The notes under the pieces were generated by a model. That model was not told where the DNA came from. It worked only from the letters and a program-made list of their open reading frames with translations, and ran no database searches. Below, piece after piece: positions 11,841 to 23,228 of a stretch of DNA of 64,000 nucleotides. The DNA lies in NCBI GenBank assembly GCA_000004985.1, contig GG738921.1; one strand, 5' to 3'. Position 1 is the first letter of the stretch. Every line of letters begins with the position of its first letter. A program made the position numbers and the translations under genes. Source of the stretch: Naegleria gruberi (taxonomy: Eukaryota).

Positions 11841-13274
11841 TCAATTAGTTTCTCACCTTGCCGCCTTTCTAATTTTGTCCTTTAGCCAATTCAAGAATGT
11901 TAAAAGTTTTTCGTTGAGGGGATTCTTATCAAGGGTTCTCTCCTTAGTAATACTGTACAATACAATGCCAGCTACAAGAATAAATAAGCTCTCAATATCA
12001 AGGTTCGATAATTTTTGTTGGAAAGCAGGTCCAGCAATAAATCTTTAAAAAAATCAATTATTCGAAAGTAAACTAAATTACTTACGGAATCATAAAGAAG
12101 AGATTGGACATTACCAAACGAGAAGTTAGAGCAATCATGGCCAAAGTTGAAGATCCATGCTTGAAAACAACCAATTGAGTAACATTAAATAAAACATTGA
12201 AAACTTCAAATAAAATTGCAACCCAATAAACTCCATCACAAATGTCACCCTTCAAAGAATTCATTCCAACAACACATTTCAATGAATATAACATGTAATT
12301 AGGTAGGTCAGAAGCAGATTTCACAATACTATTTGGATTCCAAGGAATTAATAAAAATGGAATGAAAAATAAAATTCCAAATAATAATTGAAATAATTCA
12401 ATCCATGCGACCATATAGAAAACATCTAATTTCTCCTTTTTTAGATAATGTTCAATGTAAACATTGGCAATGGCTTGGAAAAATGTGGAAATTAATAGAA
12501 CGAGAGCCCAAATCCATTCTGTTGAGCTAGTTCCAGACCTTCCTGAAAGAAATAAAGGCAAAACATTTAAAATTACTCCAATGATTACAATAAAAGTTCC
12601 TCCAAATTGTAGAATATTATATCTCACCGATAAGAATATCATGGAAACGAGCATATTATTGATGATAATGGTTTGATTCATTGCCACGTTTACACTACCT
12701 GAAACATTTGATGAGGCAATGACCAATATCAAGTTTGCTAAATTCGTTAAAAATCCCATAATTACAAACTATTCCAATAATTGATTAGAAACATTCCTCC
12801 CATTTGAAAACATACTCTATAAACAGGAAATTTTCTCATTTCCTTTGTAACACTCCTAGTTCCAAACATTTTAAACCAAGCAATTGGCCAATAAACAATA
12901 TTTGACATGGTTGGAATTAAAATCGATGACAGGAAATATCCATAATGTTTCATTTGTGTTGACAATCTAACAATCAGAACAAAATTAATAGATCTAGAGA
13001 AGGCCATCACCAAAACCACCAAACACAAGGCCCCAAACACAACATACTTGTTGGTGTGAAGGAAATTCCTCACAGCACCTAAATTCCTTCGGAATGTTGA
13101 AGTTGTGTGAATTTGCATCTCACAATTATTGACATTTCCTTGAACAGAATTCTGATAACCAGGATCCTGAACCTCAACATGAAGACCTTGTTGCAGTTGT
13201 GAATTATTGTCGTTATGTAGTGATGGAACAATCAAGGGCACATGTTCATCATCTTTTCGTGCCATTTTTTTCAC
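11841..13274 (-). CDS. Multi-pass membrane transporter (about 10 TM helices). It is possibly CRT-like / nucleotide-sugar-transporter-like within the DMT superfamily. It has at least three exons at about 12762..13274, 12087..12759 and 11841..12045.
   Basis: ORFs 12762-13274 and 12082-12759 are hydrophobic throughout. A gtaagt donor lies at FFMI-CC| and an acceptor at tttttaaag|A, extending into ...PFIAGPAFQQ...LFILVAGIVLYSITKE...KIRKAAR*. The family assignment is by overall topology only. Confidence 0.4.
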
Positions 13275-13727
13275 ATCAGGAAAAATTGTCGTTTTTCTTA
13301 AGGTTCACAAGGAGTCTAGTTATGTTTTGGAAACAAGTATTGAATTTAAATTAGCCGGCTCCAGTTATGACTCATTATTTTGTTATGACTTTACGAAGAT
13401 AATTATTGGCAAAGAGAAAGATCACTCAAGAAAACAAACCATTCTATCATCAAATGAAAAGTGAGAACACTTTCAAACTGAATGAAGGAGGGCTTCTATT
13501 AATCAACTTATTTCATATAACCAACAAGAACAAAAGAGGAAATGTGTCCACTGTTTTAAAATGACTACACATGGACAAGTGTCCCCGACCTAATAATAAT
13601 TATGAACAAAATTTCTTCCTTTTCTGAAGCGATTTTCAAAGTCCATAGGCTAAAACCCAAAAGACTTCAGACCTACAGCCAATTTTAAAGATTAATTCAT
13701 ATAATATTTATGATTAAGAATGGATAG

Positions 13728-14499
13728 TGAGAGCATTTTATCACTATTCACAAATAAAAAATTAATTACACAAATTTTTTGTGAATATTTGTGGTAAAAT
13801 ATTTTCACAAATTTGTGTTTGTGTTTGTGTAGACAGGCCATTTTATCTTGCACAAATACATATTTTTATTAAAATTATTCCAACTAATGTCTATCTCAAT
13901 AGAAGGTATAAGTTGAAATCAGAAAGTAATTTCTACAATATGTTGATTCGAATGTAATGTATCCTAATTTAATTAGTGATGATGGAGTTGGTTCTGGTGG
14001 TGCGGAATCAATGAAAGCATGCTCCAAAAACAAACTGTTTTGTTCCAAATATTTAATTATTCCATCTGTTACTGCTTTCCCTCTTTATTTCACTTGAATC
14101 TTGGGTTGTTGGTGGTGTTGATGTTGGTTTCTCTGATGAAGGTTCTTCTTACATTTTTTAATATTTAATTAATAAAAAATGTATTAAACTTCTCCTTCAT
14201 CAAACGGGAGAAGAAATCAGCAACCATTAGAACCCGATTCATGTCCAATTCTTGCAACAACAATATTGATATCGGATCACATATTTCAAGATCAACGACG
14301 AATGAACTTTTACTACTAGATTCAAAGAAAACAACCTAAGATTCAAGACCAACAATAATTTATTATTTTAATAAAATACTTTTGTGTTTTCACAAATATT
14401 TGTGCAAGATAAAATGGTCTGTCTACACAAACACAAATCACAAATTTTTAAATCTGTGTAATTAATTTTTATTTGTGTTTAGAGATAAAATGCTCTCAG
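13728..14499. mobile_element. Non-autonomous TIR element (MITE-like), about 770 bp, with about 150-bp imperfect terminal inverted repeats and a non-coding core.
   Basis: The left arm 13728-13880 (gagagcattttatcactattcacaaataaaaaattaattacacaaatt...tgtgtttgtgtagacaggccattttatcttgcacaaata) is the reverse complement of 14361-14499 (...tatttgtgcaagataaaatggtctgtctacacaaacacaaatcacaaatt...taaaatgctctc). AGT flanks both ends and may be a 3-bp TSD. Confidence 0.6.
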
Positions 14500-15311
14500 T
14501 GTCCTGTTATTATGAAAGTTGCAGTTTGCCATGAAATCTATTGTAACAAATAAAGACCACTCAACAAGCAATCATTTGACACTTCTGTAATACATAAAAG
14601 AGCACAAATTATGAAAATCCTAAAATCACAGATACTATCATGTTCCTGTTAGCAATGAATTGTATAACTCAATTTGAGGACATATTTCAATCAATAATAA
14701 TATTCTCCATATTGAACTGTTTTTAGCCTTGTCATGCTAGTTGTGTTTCATATTCCTCTCCAATTTCATTAAGAACAGTTTTAGCACAGTACTATTATAT
14801 TGACACTCCCATTGTCAGATAAGGCGACAAAACCCTTTTCTGCCTTAATACTCCCTTCCCTCATTCAAGTGGGTAAATCTGAAATTTCTGCTGACTTTTG
14901 GAAGGCGGTTATTGACGCTAAGGAGCTTTGTGTGTAAACATGTAAAGTATTTTCAAATAAAGAAGTCCTCAAATGGAAATTCTGCTGGTTAAATGTGTAT
15001 TTGCGGTTTTAATGCACCCTTATTAAGGCAGTGACAGGAGGCGTATCCAATGGAGGATCACAATTAAATAATGGCACTTTAATTAAATCGTCATATTTGG
15101 CCATCCTTAACATCAGGTACGGGCAGTTAGAGGATACGAAATATTTAAATGTCTGTCCTGCGACACACATCCCCCAATGCTATTAGAGCTTGTGTGTTTG
15201 AATTGGATTAAGAGTAAGCAAAAATCTCTTCATCAACCTTCTCGTTTCACAAAATTTCACACACACACGAAGAGTTATAATTCTTCCATTTTCAATTACA
15301 GAAAAAAAAAT

Positions 15312-15851
15312 ATGTATAGCAAATTCTCAATCGTTCAATTTACAACACTCAGCTATATTCAGCCATCACATCAGGACAGCAACTGCCTGTGTATGGATGT
15401 TTCTTCTTCAAACAATTCAGCTAAAAATCCACTCTCCATTGGTCATAATCATGTTGAACTGATGCCAAAGAAGAGAGGAAGACCTATTAAGAATGAACCA
15501 AAATCCAACACCCAAATGGTAATTACCTCAACAGAAAGTTTGTTATGTCGGTCAATGAGCAATCGTCAAACAAATGTTACAAAGAGACAACACAGAGACA
15601 GTACATGTTGGGAGAGAAGAGTGAAACCAAAACCTGCAACAGTTACATCTCCTTCATCATCAATGGATATGCATACATGTATTAGCAATACTCCTTCAAT
15701 GCTCAATAGCCATACATATAATTACTCACAACCAGCAACAAGTATTCATGTTGAAAGCGAGGAGTTGCCTGCTTCTCCACATGGAACTGTGCAAATCTCC
15801 AAGAAGAGAATAATAAGAAGTTCGATATCAATTAAGGAATTGCTTAATTAA
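15312..15851 (+). CDS. AT-hook (GRP) protein, a paralog of the 10518-11486 modules (about 179 aa).
   Basis: It reads MYSKFSIVQFTTLSYIQ...MPKKRGRPIKNEPK...KKRIIRSSISIKELLN*. The N-terminal MxxKFSIVxF motif, the central KKRGRPxK and the C-terminal R(S/T)SISxKELLN match the other copies. Confidence 0.6.
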   Translation: MYSKFSIVQFTTLSYIQPSHQDSNCLCMDVSSSNNSAKNPLSIGHNHVELMPKKRGRPIKNEPKSNTQMVITSTESLLCRSMSNRQTNVTKRQHRDSTCWERRVKPKPATVTSPSSSMDMHTCISNTPSMLNSHTYNYSQPATSIHVESEELPASPHGTVQISKKRIIRSSISIKELLN

Positions 15852-16428
15852 GGTTTAGAGCTGTGTAGGATTGATAGGTCAATCCACATCATTCTCTCAA
15901 TTTACAAACCAACATTTAATTGGTCTAGTTCAGGACAAATAATCAAAAGATAGCTAGTTAAGAATTTCTGTAGATCTAATAGTTGATTCAGAATAAAGTA
16001 TTGAATAACGTTCAACATACAAACATGCATGGAAAGTGAGATTTTGAAATGATTAGTTACAGTTGTTGGTATTACAATAGTGGATGGGAGTACTTTTGTT
16101 GATAGGCAAAACTTCAAGTTGCGTTGATGATTTGTGATGGATTGTGACGAGTCAAACCCAACTTCTTATCATTCTCACAAAACTAAACACTTCATTCGAA
16201 AGTTATTTTCTCAACAATTACTTAGCATCGTGTAAGAAAATTTTACAATTTCAATAGCAGAACATTCCCTTTACCCCTTTTCGACGTTTACCAATCTACT
16301 TTTCCCTCTAAACCATTGACATTCACCAATTTCTTAACTGTCATCAAAATACACATCTCATCCATCACCTGATCAAATATTCTGCAAATTTAAAAAAATT
16401 AAAAAAAACAAATCTAATCACCATCATC

Positions 16429-17172
16429 ATGTCATCAGATCAAGTTTACGAAGATTCTTTAACCCCAGAGCAATCTAGAACTTTACGTTATTTCTCTGCT
16501 GCCAAGAGAGGACAAGTTTTGGAAATCCAAGAATTGCTTCAAGAAGATCCAAAGTTTAATACAGGAGCCTTGGATGAATTTGGAAATAATGCATTGGTGA
16601 GTTTTATGATGATGATAATGATTTAATTAACCATTATTATGTGATCTTTTTGTGGTGTATCATTTCCGATCATTGTCTCTCACTGCTGATCAATTATATT
16701 ATTCCTCTCCTATTTATTTGTTCATGATTTTACTTAATTTTGTTTTTTTTTGATTCTTCAACACCAATTAATGTTTTTTTGATCGATGTAAAATGTTTTA
16801 CAATCATGAATACTGCTTTTTCATATGAAATTGAATAATATTTTGATAATAATAATAATATTATTATGTGAGTAGCATTGGGCAGCTGGTGCTGGTCACT
16901 TGGATTGTGTTAAATTCCTTGTTGAAACTGTCAAGTTGTCAATTGATGCTATCAACAAACAAGGTGATACTCCTCTTCACAAGGCAACATGGAGAGGTGC
17001 TTTGGATGTTGTTAAATATCTTGTCGAAAAGGACGCTAAATTAGATGTTGTGAATGGTCAAAAGAAGAGACCAGTCGATTTGGCTCATCACTTGGAAGTC
17101 AAGTCCTATTTACAATCATATGAAGGAGGTGATGATGAAGACGATGAAGATGACGAAGATGAAGATGAATAA
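16429..17172 (+). CDS. Small ankyrin-repeat protein with an acidic C-terminus: join(16429..16596,16876..17172), 154 aa.
   Basis: Exon 1 ends ...DEFGNNAL|gtgagt. Exon 2 is agtag|HWAAGAGHLDCVKFLVE...GDTPLHKATWRGALDVVKYLVEKDAKLD (ANK consensus) followed by DDEDDEDDEDEDE*. The intron is about 279 nt. Confidence 0.7.
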
Positions 17173-17494
17173 ATATTTAATGTACCATATTATTTTGTAA
17201 AATAGCACAAAATTGATGGCTTAATTGACTGAATTCCTTTATTTGCTGTTGCATAGTAACAAATTCAAATTAAATTTTCAAAGTTAAATTTAGATATTTA
17301 TTGTTTGGATTTTGGGTAACGGAATTCATAACAGAAAAAAATACATCCAAATCAACTGTGGAAGGAACTACTTTGATTGGAGAAGAAAAACACATCACCA
17401 CCAATTTTTTGATACTCTTTTGATCTAATCAAATATAATTGTAGATTTAACTTGATCATTTTTGGATCTTTTATCAACTTGATCGGAATTGAAA

Positions 17495-19543
17495 ATGGTA
17501 ACAGTTGATTTAAATAACGAGGATGAGAGCACATTATTGAAGGCTATAGAGAATAAGCCTGCTTCACCTCTCCTTGACTTTACAGATGAAAATGGAACAA
17601 TTCATATCATTGATGATATGGATACAAAGGAAGATACAGAATTGGCTAGAGCTATCCAAATTTCTCTTGATCAAGACAAGGCTTCAAATAATAATAATAC
17701 CAATTCAACAAATGTACCTTCAAACCCAGATGAGTTAATTTTAAGAACTACTTGGACTCCACAGGGAGATCAAGAGAAATTTCCAAGTGGTGTAGGCTTG
17801 AAGAATATTGGAAATACTTGTTATGTAAATGCATTGTTGCAATCATATTTCATGATACCCTCTGTTTTGAAAAGTATCATGAAAACAAAACCATCAGCTC
17901 AAAAACCCAATTCTTCTCCAGAAGATGTACAAATGACAGAAGCAAATCAAACACAGGATGCTTCATTGGCCCACTTAGATGAAGAATCTAGTATTGAGTT
18001 TTTACAGAGTCTACAAAAATTATTTGCAAGCATGTTACTTTCAAATACAAATTTTGTGGATCCCTCACCAGTCATGCAAAAATTGAAAGATGCTGAAAAT
18101 AAGCCATACAAAATTGGTGAAATGCAAGATTTACCAGAGTTTAACAGTTTATTCCTCTCTAGATTAGAGAAAGGAATGGAAACCCTACATAAGGAATCCA
18201 GAGAAAATATTTCAGCAAAATTCAAAGAACTTTTCTATGGAAAAACAGCTGTGTTTGTTGAAGCTGAGGAGTTGGACCATACCAAGATTGAAAAAAAGAC
18301 CATCGATACATTCAACCATCTTATCCTTCCAATATCTCAAGATACACGAAACTATATGGATGCCTTTGAATTGTGCATGAAGGACGACATGATTGAATAT
18401 ACCACAGATAAGAGTCACAAGACAAAGGCTCGTAAGACCATGTGGTTTGATGGAAAGGATTCTGTTCCTCCAGTTTTATTTTTACAAACATCTAGAGCTG
18501 TTTATGGTACCAATACTTTGACCAAAATTCAAAATTCAATTGATTTGCCTTTTGATCTTAATTTAGGACCATATCTTCTTCATAATAAGGAAATAACAGA
18601 AGGTATCAGATCCAAATTGAAAGTACTGAATCAAGAACTTGAACATGTTGACAGACGTCTTAAATCATTCTTGGAGTCTTATGAAAATAGAGACTTTGGA
18701 TTAATTCAAGCTTTTGAAGTGTGCTCAAATAGGTTATTTGAAATAAGGCATGAATATGAAGAACAATTATCTTCCTCAAATGCAAACAACATTGATCATT
18801 TTTCAATTGCTATTCAAGTTTTACAACAACAACAAGAAAATATGACAAGAAGAGTCTCTGAATTGAAAGAAAAGAGAGATTCATTACTCAACCAAATAGA
18901 AAAAGTTTGGGAGGTTCAATATCCTCAAGAATTAACATACAATCTTTATTCAATAATTATGCATTCAGGATCAAGTGCCTTAGGTGGACATTACTGGAGT
19001 TATATCAAATATCAAGGAGATGATGATACTTGGTTTAAGTTTAACGATACAATAGTCACCACTTTAACAAAAGAAGATGTGATCAGAGAAGCTTTCAAAA
19101 CCAAGAGTAATTCTGCATACTGTTTAATTTATATTGATCCAAGCAAAACTGGCAAGTTTGATGCATCTTTCAAAGATGAAATAGTCACAGAAGTACCTCA
19201 ACAAGTACTCGCAGAAATTGAAAGGAAAAACCATGATATTTTAAGAAAATTCAAACCTGAAATTCTACAGGAAATGAAGAAGAATTTTTCAGTCAAAGAT
19301 TTATTGAAAGATGATATGACCAACAGAATACATTTAGCAAGAAGCGATTTGCAAAATTCATCTTTAGAGCATGATTACAAGTTGAGAAACTTCCTTTCCT
19401 TCCTTCAATGCATTATAAATGCAGCTTCTTCTGAGGCTGCTAAAAACGAGCTCAATGCTATATTTTGCGCTCACATTGTAAATGAAGGTCAGAGGCTGTA
19501 TTTGGTGAATCATTTTCAAAGAATCCTGAACATCAAAAAATAG
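17495..19543 (+). CDS. Ubiquitin carboxyl-terminal hydrolase (USP family) with an N-terminal UIM, similar in architecture to USP25/USP28.
   Basis: The Cys box reads GLKNIGNTCYVNALLQSYF. The His box reads YNLYSIIMHSGSSALGGHYWSYIKYQGDDDTWFKFNDTIV. The UIM-like segment reads EDTELARAIQISLDQD. The true ATG is at 17495; the track starts at a TTG. Confidence 0.8.
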   Translation: MVTVDLNNEDESTLLKAIENKPASPLLDFTDENGTIHIIDDMDTKEDTELARAIQISLDQDKASNNNNTNSTNVPSNPDELILRTTWTPQGDQEKFPSGVGLKNIGNTCYVNALLQSYFMIPSVLKSIMKTKPSAQKPNSSPEDVQMTEANQTQDASLAHLDEESSIEFLQSLQKLFASMLLSNTNFVDPSPVMQKLKDAENKPYKIGEMQDLPEFNSLFLSRLEKGMETLHKESRENISAKFKELFYGKTAVFVEAEELDHTKIEKKTIDTFNHLILPISQDTRNYMDAFELCMKDDMIEYTTDKSHKTKARKTMWFDGKDSVPPVLFLQTSRAVYGTNTLTKIQNSIDLPFDLNLGPYLLHNKEITEGIRSKLKVLNQELEHVDRRLKSFLESYENRDFGLIQAFEVCSNRLFEIRHEYEEQLSSSNANNIDHFSIAIQVLQQQQENMTRRVSELKEKRDSLLNQIEKVWEVQYPQELTYNLYSIIMHSGSSALGGHYWSYIKYQGDDDTWFKFNDTIVTTLTKEDVIREAFKTKSNSAYCLIYIDPSKTGKFDASFKDEIVTEVPQQVLAEIERKNHDILRKFKPEILQEMKKNFSVKDLLKDDMTNRIHLARSDLQNSSLEHDYKLRNFLSFLQCIINAASSEAAKNELNAIFCAHIVNEGQRLYLVNHFQRILNIKK

Positions 19544-19607
19544 TAGACGAATTAATAGAAGACCACTCTGTTACTGAATTGGCTTAGAAGATTACAAAAT
19601 TTATAGA

Positions 19608-20153
19608 ATGGCTAGATTGGCAATTAATAGAGCTCTCACATCAATTACAAATAGCACATTCACTGATTCCATTAATTATTTGGCATTTTCAATTTCAGAA
19701 TCTAGACGTATTAAGAACAAATTCATTCAAGAAGAAATGGTGAAGGAGGCTCAATCTGTTCTCAATATTTGTTGTGCCTCTCTCCTCAGTGAAATGCTGT
19801 CATTCTTGCAATTTGAAACTGGCGAACCAAGTAAGCAAATTGTCAACTTTTGTGTTAAATGTGCAGCTGATTTCGGCTCTATTGAATTGTGTAAATACTT
19901 GTTAGAAAAATGTGACCTAATCAACCAACAATTCGATGGTTGTTTAAAGACCTATAATGTTTGGATTGAAGATTTAAAGAAACGAATTAAGAATGATAGA
20001 GTTATTGGAACAAACTATCACATCGATAAGAAATCTGTCCACATTTCTCCTCAAGAGGATGAATCTTACTATGAAGCTGAAATTGAAGAAAGCAAGAGAA
20101 ACTATCCTCAATTCCTCTCCCTACGAGCAGCTTACGCTTCGGATTTTATATAA
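19608..20153 (+). CDS. Hypothetical 181-aa protein with no recognisable domain. It could be a 3' part of the preceding USP gene if an undetected intron exists.
   Basis: An intact ORF starts with ATG and has coding-like composition. It lies 65 nt after the USP stop in the same orientation. Confidence 0.3.
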   Translation: MARLAINRALTSITNSTFTDSINYLAFSISESRRIKNKFIQEEMVKEAQSVLNICCASLLSEMLSFLQFETGEPSKQIVNFCVKCAADFGSIELCKYLLEKCDLINQQFDGCLKTYNVWIEDLKKRIKNDRVIGTNYHIDKKSVHISPQEDESYYEAEIEESKRNYPQFLSLRAAYASDFI

Positions 20154-20364
20154 ATTATTTTCAACACAACTATATATTAAAATACTCTTGTACAACAAGA
20201 TCCACCTCAATGACACGTTTATTGACCCTTTAAAAGATCTAAATTCCAAGTAATTTCCATCAAAATAACCATCGCTGCTGTTAGAGAAAAGATACTTGGC
20301 AATGTTGTTTGATTTATTAATTTTTTATTTTTACACGTAATTGCCCCATCATCACTCTAAAAAA

Positions 20365-23199
20365 ATGATGCAAGAACGAGACCCACACAACAAGGCAAAG
20401 GACGAAGATGAAGAGGGTAAGTGTATCATCCTATTAGAGGTGCGATGTATTTTTGATCATCAATTGTATTAATATTATTAATCATCATCGTGATATTATT
20501 TTAATTATTATTGGATAATTTTTGAACAACAACAACAATATTATTAATATTCGATCTTTATAGTTGAATTTCCATTCCAAAATTTGGAAAAGACTCAAGT
20601 CTTACAAGAGACTAGAATTTTCAACGAGTCACCTCTAAGTCCTCGTAAATGTGTTCTTACACTTCTCCAACTCTTGTACGTCATTTATCAAGGAAAGAAT
20701 TTGAATGCTACTGAAGCTACCGATGTTTTTATGAACATTACAAAGCTTTTCTTAAGCCCTGATGTACGATTGAGAAGAATGTTATATATTGCTGTAAAGG
20801 AACTTTCAAGGACAGCTAATCAAACATTTGTAGCAAGTAACAGTCTCTTCAAGGACATGAGTCAAAATCAAAACGAAGATTTTAAAATCAACGCTATTCG
20901 TTCATTAAGAACAATCATGGATGAAAATCTTTTCAGTAACCTTGAAAGACACTTGAAGCAATGTGTTGTTGATAAGAATCCAGGTGTTGCCAGCTCTGCT
21001 ATTTTGGCTGGTTTCCACATGTCCGATTCACAAAAAGGTGATCAACTTGTTAAGAGATGGACTGGAGAAATTCAATCAGCTGTTGATTCTCGTTTCCACA
21101 TGGTACAATACCATGCTTTGGCATTATCTTACAAACTTAGACATCAAGATGGTTTGGCTATCAGCAAGATTGTTTCCGCTGGTATGCAAAATCTCAGATC
21201 ACCTCTTGCTCATACTCTTCTCATCAAATATTCCATGAGGATTATGAGAATGGAAGGAAATATTAATTCTGATAGAAGCAAGGCAATTTTACAATATTTA
21301 ACATCATGTCTTAAATTTAGAAATGATATGGTCATTCTTGAAGCTGCTAAAGCAATTTGTACAATTAGAGATTTAGGAAAGGAACTTTCCGCAGCTATTG
21401 AAGCTCTTCGTATGTTCTTGTCATCAAACAAGCCAGTTAAGAGATTTGCTGCAATTCGTCTTTTGAATGATGTTGCAAATCATTATCCAACTCTTGTTTC
21501 TCAATGTAATAACGAACTTGAAAAGTTGATTGCTGATCCAAATAGAAATATTGCTACCCTCGCTGTTACAACTCTCTTAAAGACTGGACAAGAAACAAAT
21601 ATTGAAAAATTGATGAAGAAGATTCAAAGATTTATTCCAGAAATTCCTGATGAATTCAAGATTATTGTTGTTAAATCTATTGAATCTTTGTGTATTAGAT
21701 ATCCAAAGAAGTTCTACAGCATGGTTTCTTTCTTATCAAATGCTTTACGCACTGAAGGTGGATATGAATATAAGAAACAATTAGTCAGTACTTTGATTTC
21801 AATCTGTAAGGCATTGCCAGAAAGTAGAGATTTGATTGTTTCCTACTTGTGCGAATTTATTGAAGATTGTGAATATACCATTGTTTTGCAACAAGTATTA
21901 CACTTTTTGGGAGATGAAGGTACTCAAAGTACAGGTCCTTCTAAATGTATTAGATTTATTTATAATCGTTTGATTTTGGAAAACCCAACCGTAAGAGGAA
22001 GTGCTGTTATTACTATTGCTAAATTTGCTGCCAAGATTCCAGACCTTAGAAAGTCTATTTTGGTCATTTTGAGAAGAGTTTTACTCGATAGTGATGATGA
22101 AGTCAGAGATCGTGCTGTTTTCTACGTTAAGGCTCTCGAAACAAAGGATGAAGATTTGATTAGAAAGTTGATTGTTAATGACCTTCCAGATAATATGCAA
22201 CACTACTTCTACAGTGTTGAAAAGAGTTTGGTTAACTATCTTCAATCTACTCTTGATGAACCATTTGATCTTTCTGATGTCCAACTTGTTGATGCTTCTG
22301 CCATTCAAACTGAAGCTCCTACTGAAACTGGTTTGGAATCTGCTGTAACACAACCAATCCTTTCTGAAACTACCACCACTGAAACTAGCAATGCCAATGA
22401 TACTCAAGAATATGAACAAGCAATTACAAAGATTCCACAACTCCAAAATCTTGGAAAGGTTTTCAAGACAAACCCTCCAATTTACCTTACTGAAGTTGAC
22501 GCTGACTATGTAGTCTCATGTGCTATCCATGTTTTCGAATCTAATATTGTTCTCCAATATATTGTAAAGAATAGAGTTGAATCTCAACAATTGAGTAACC
22601 TTATTGTTGATTTGGATTTGGGAGATTTTGAAGATGTACAAGAAGTTTTCAAGATTCAAGCTGAATCAGCTATCAAATTTAATCAAGCCGAATCTACCTT
22701 TGTTGTTTTGAAGAGAGAAAAGGAAATTGCTACTGGTAAAATTTTCAGTACTCTCAAGTTTTGTACAGCCGATGTTGATCCAGAAACTGGTGATCCTTAC
22801 GATGAAGAAGATGAGAATGAAGACGAATTTGAATTGGAAGCATTTAATATTCGTGTTACTGATTTCGTTAGAAATATGGCAGTATCATCATTCAAAGAAG
22901 AATGGGATAAGCTTGGTGAAGAGTCCGAATTTGCTCAACAACCAATTGAATACACTGCATCAGATGATTTGCAAGCTGCTGTTGACAAGTTCATTTCTAG
23001 TGTTGGTTTGAGACCAATTGGTGACAGAACCGTCTCAAAGAAGACTCACTCTTTATACTTTGCTGGTAAATCAATATTCGGTGATATGGTTTTGGTTGCT
23101 GCTCAATTAGGTGAAAAGAATGGTTCTATACTTCTTAAATTATCTGTGCGATCACAAGGAGATTTGAGAGAAAGTATTGTTCAACAATTATCTGATTAA
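20365..23199 (+). CDS. copG: Coatomer subunit gamma (COPI): join(20365..20416,20564..23199), about 896 aa.
   Basis: It reads EKTQVLQETRIFNESPLSPRKC...LYVIYQGKNL..ATEATDVFMNITKLF..PDVRLRRMLYIAVKELS, which is collinear with metazoan COPG N-termini. The first exon MMQERDPHNKAKDEDEE ends G|gtaagt and the acceptor is tttatag|TTGAATTT. Confidence 0.9.
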
Positions 23200-23228
23200 A
23201 CTTATTTAAATTTATATTATTAAGATTT

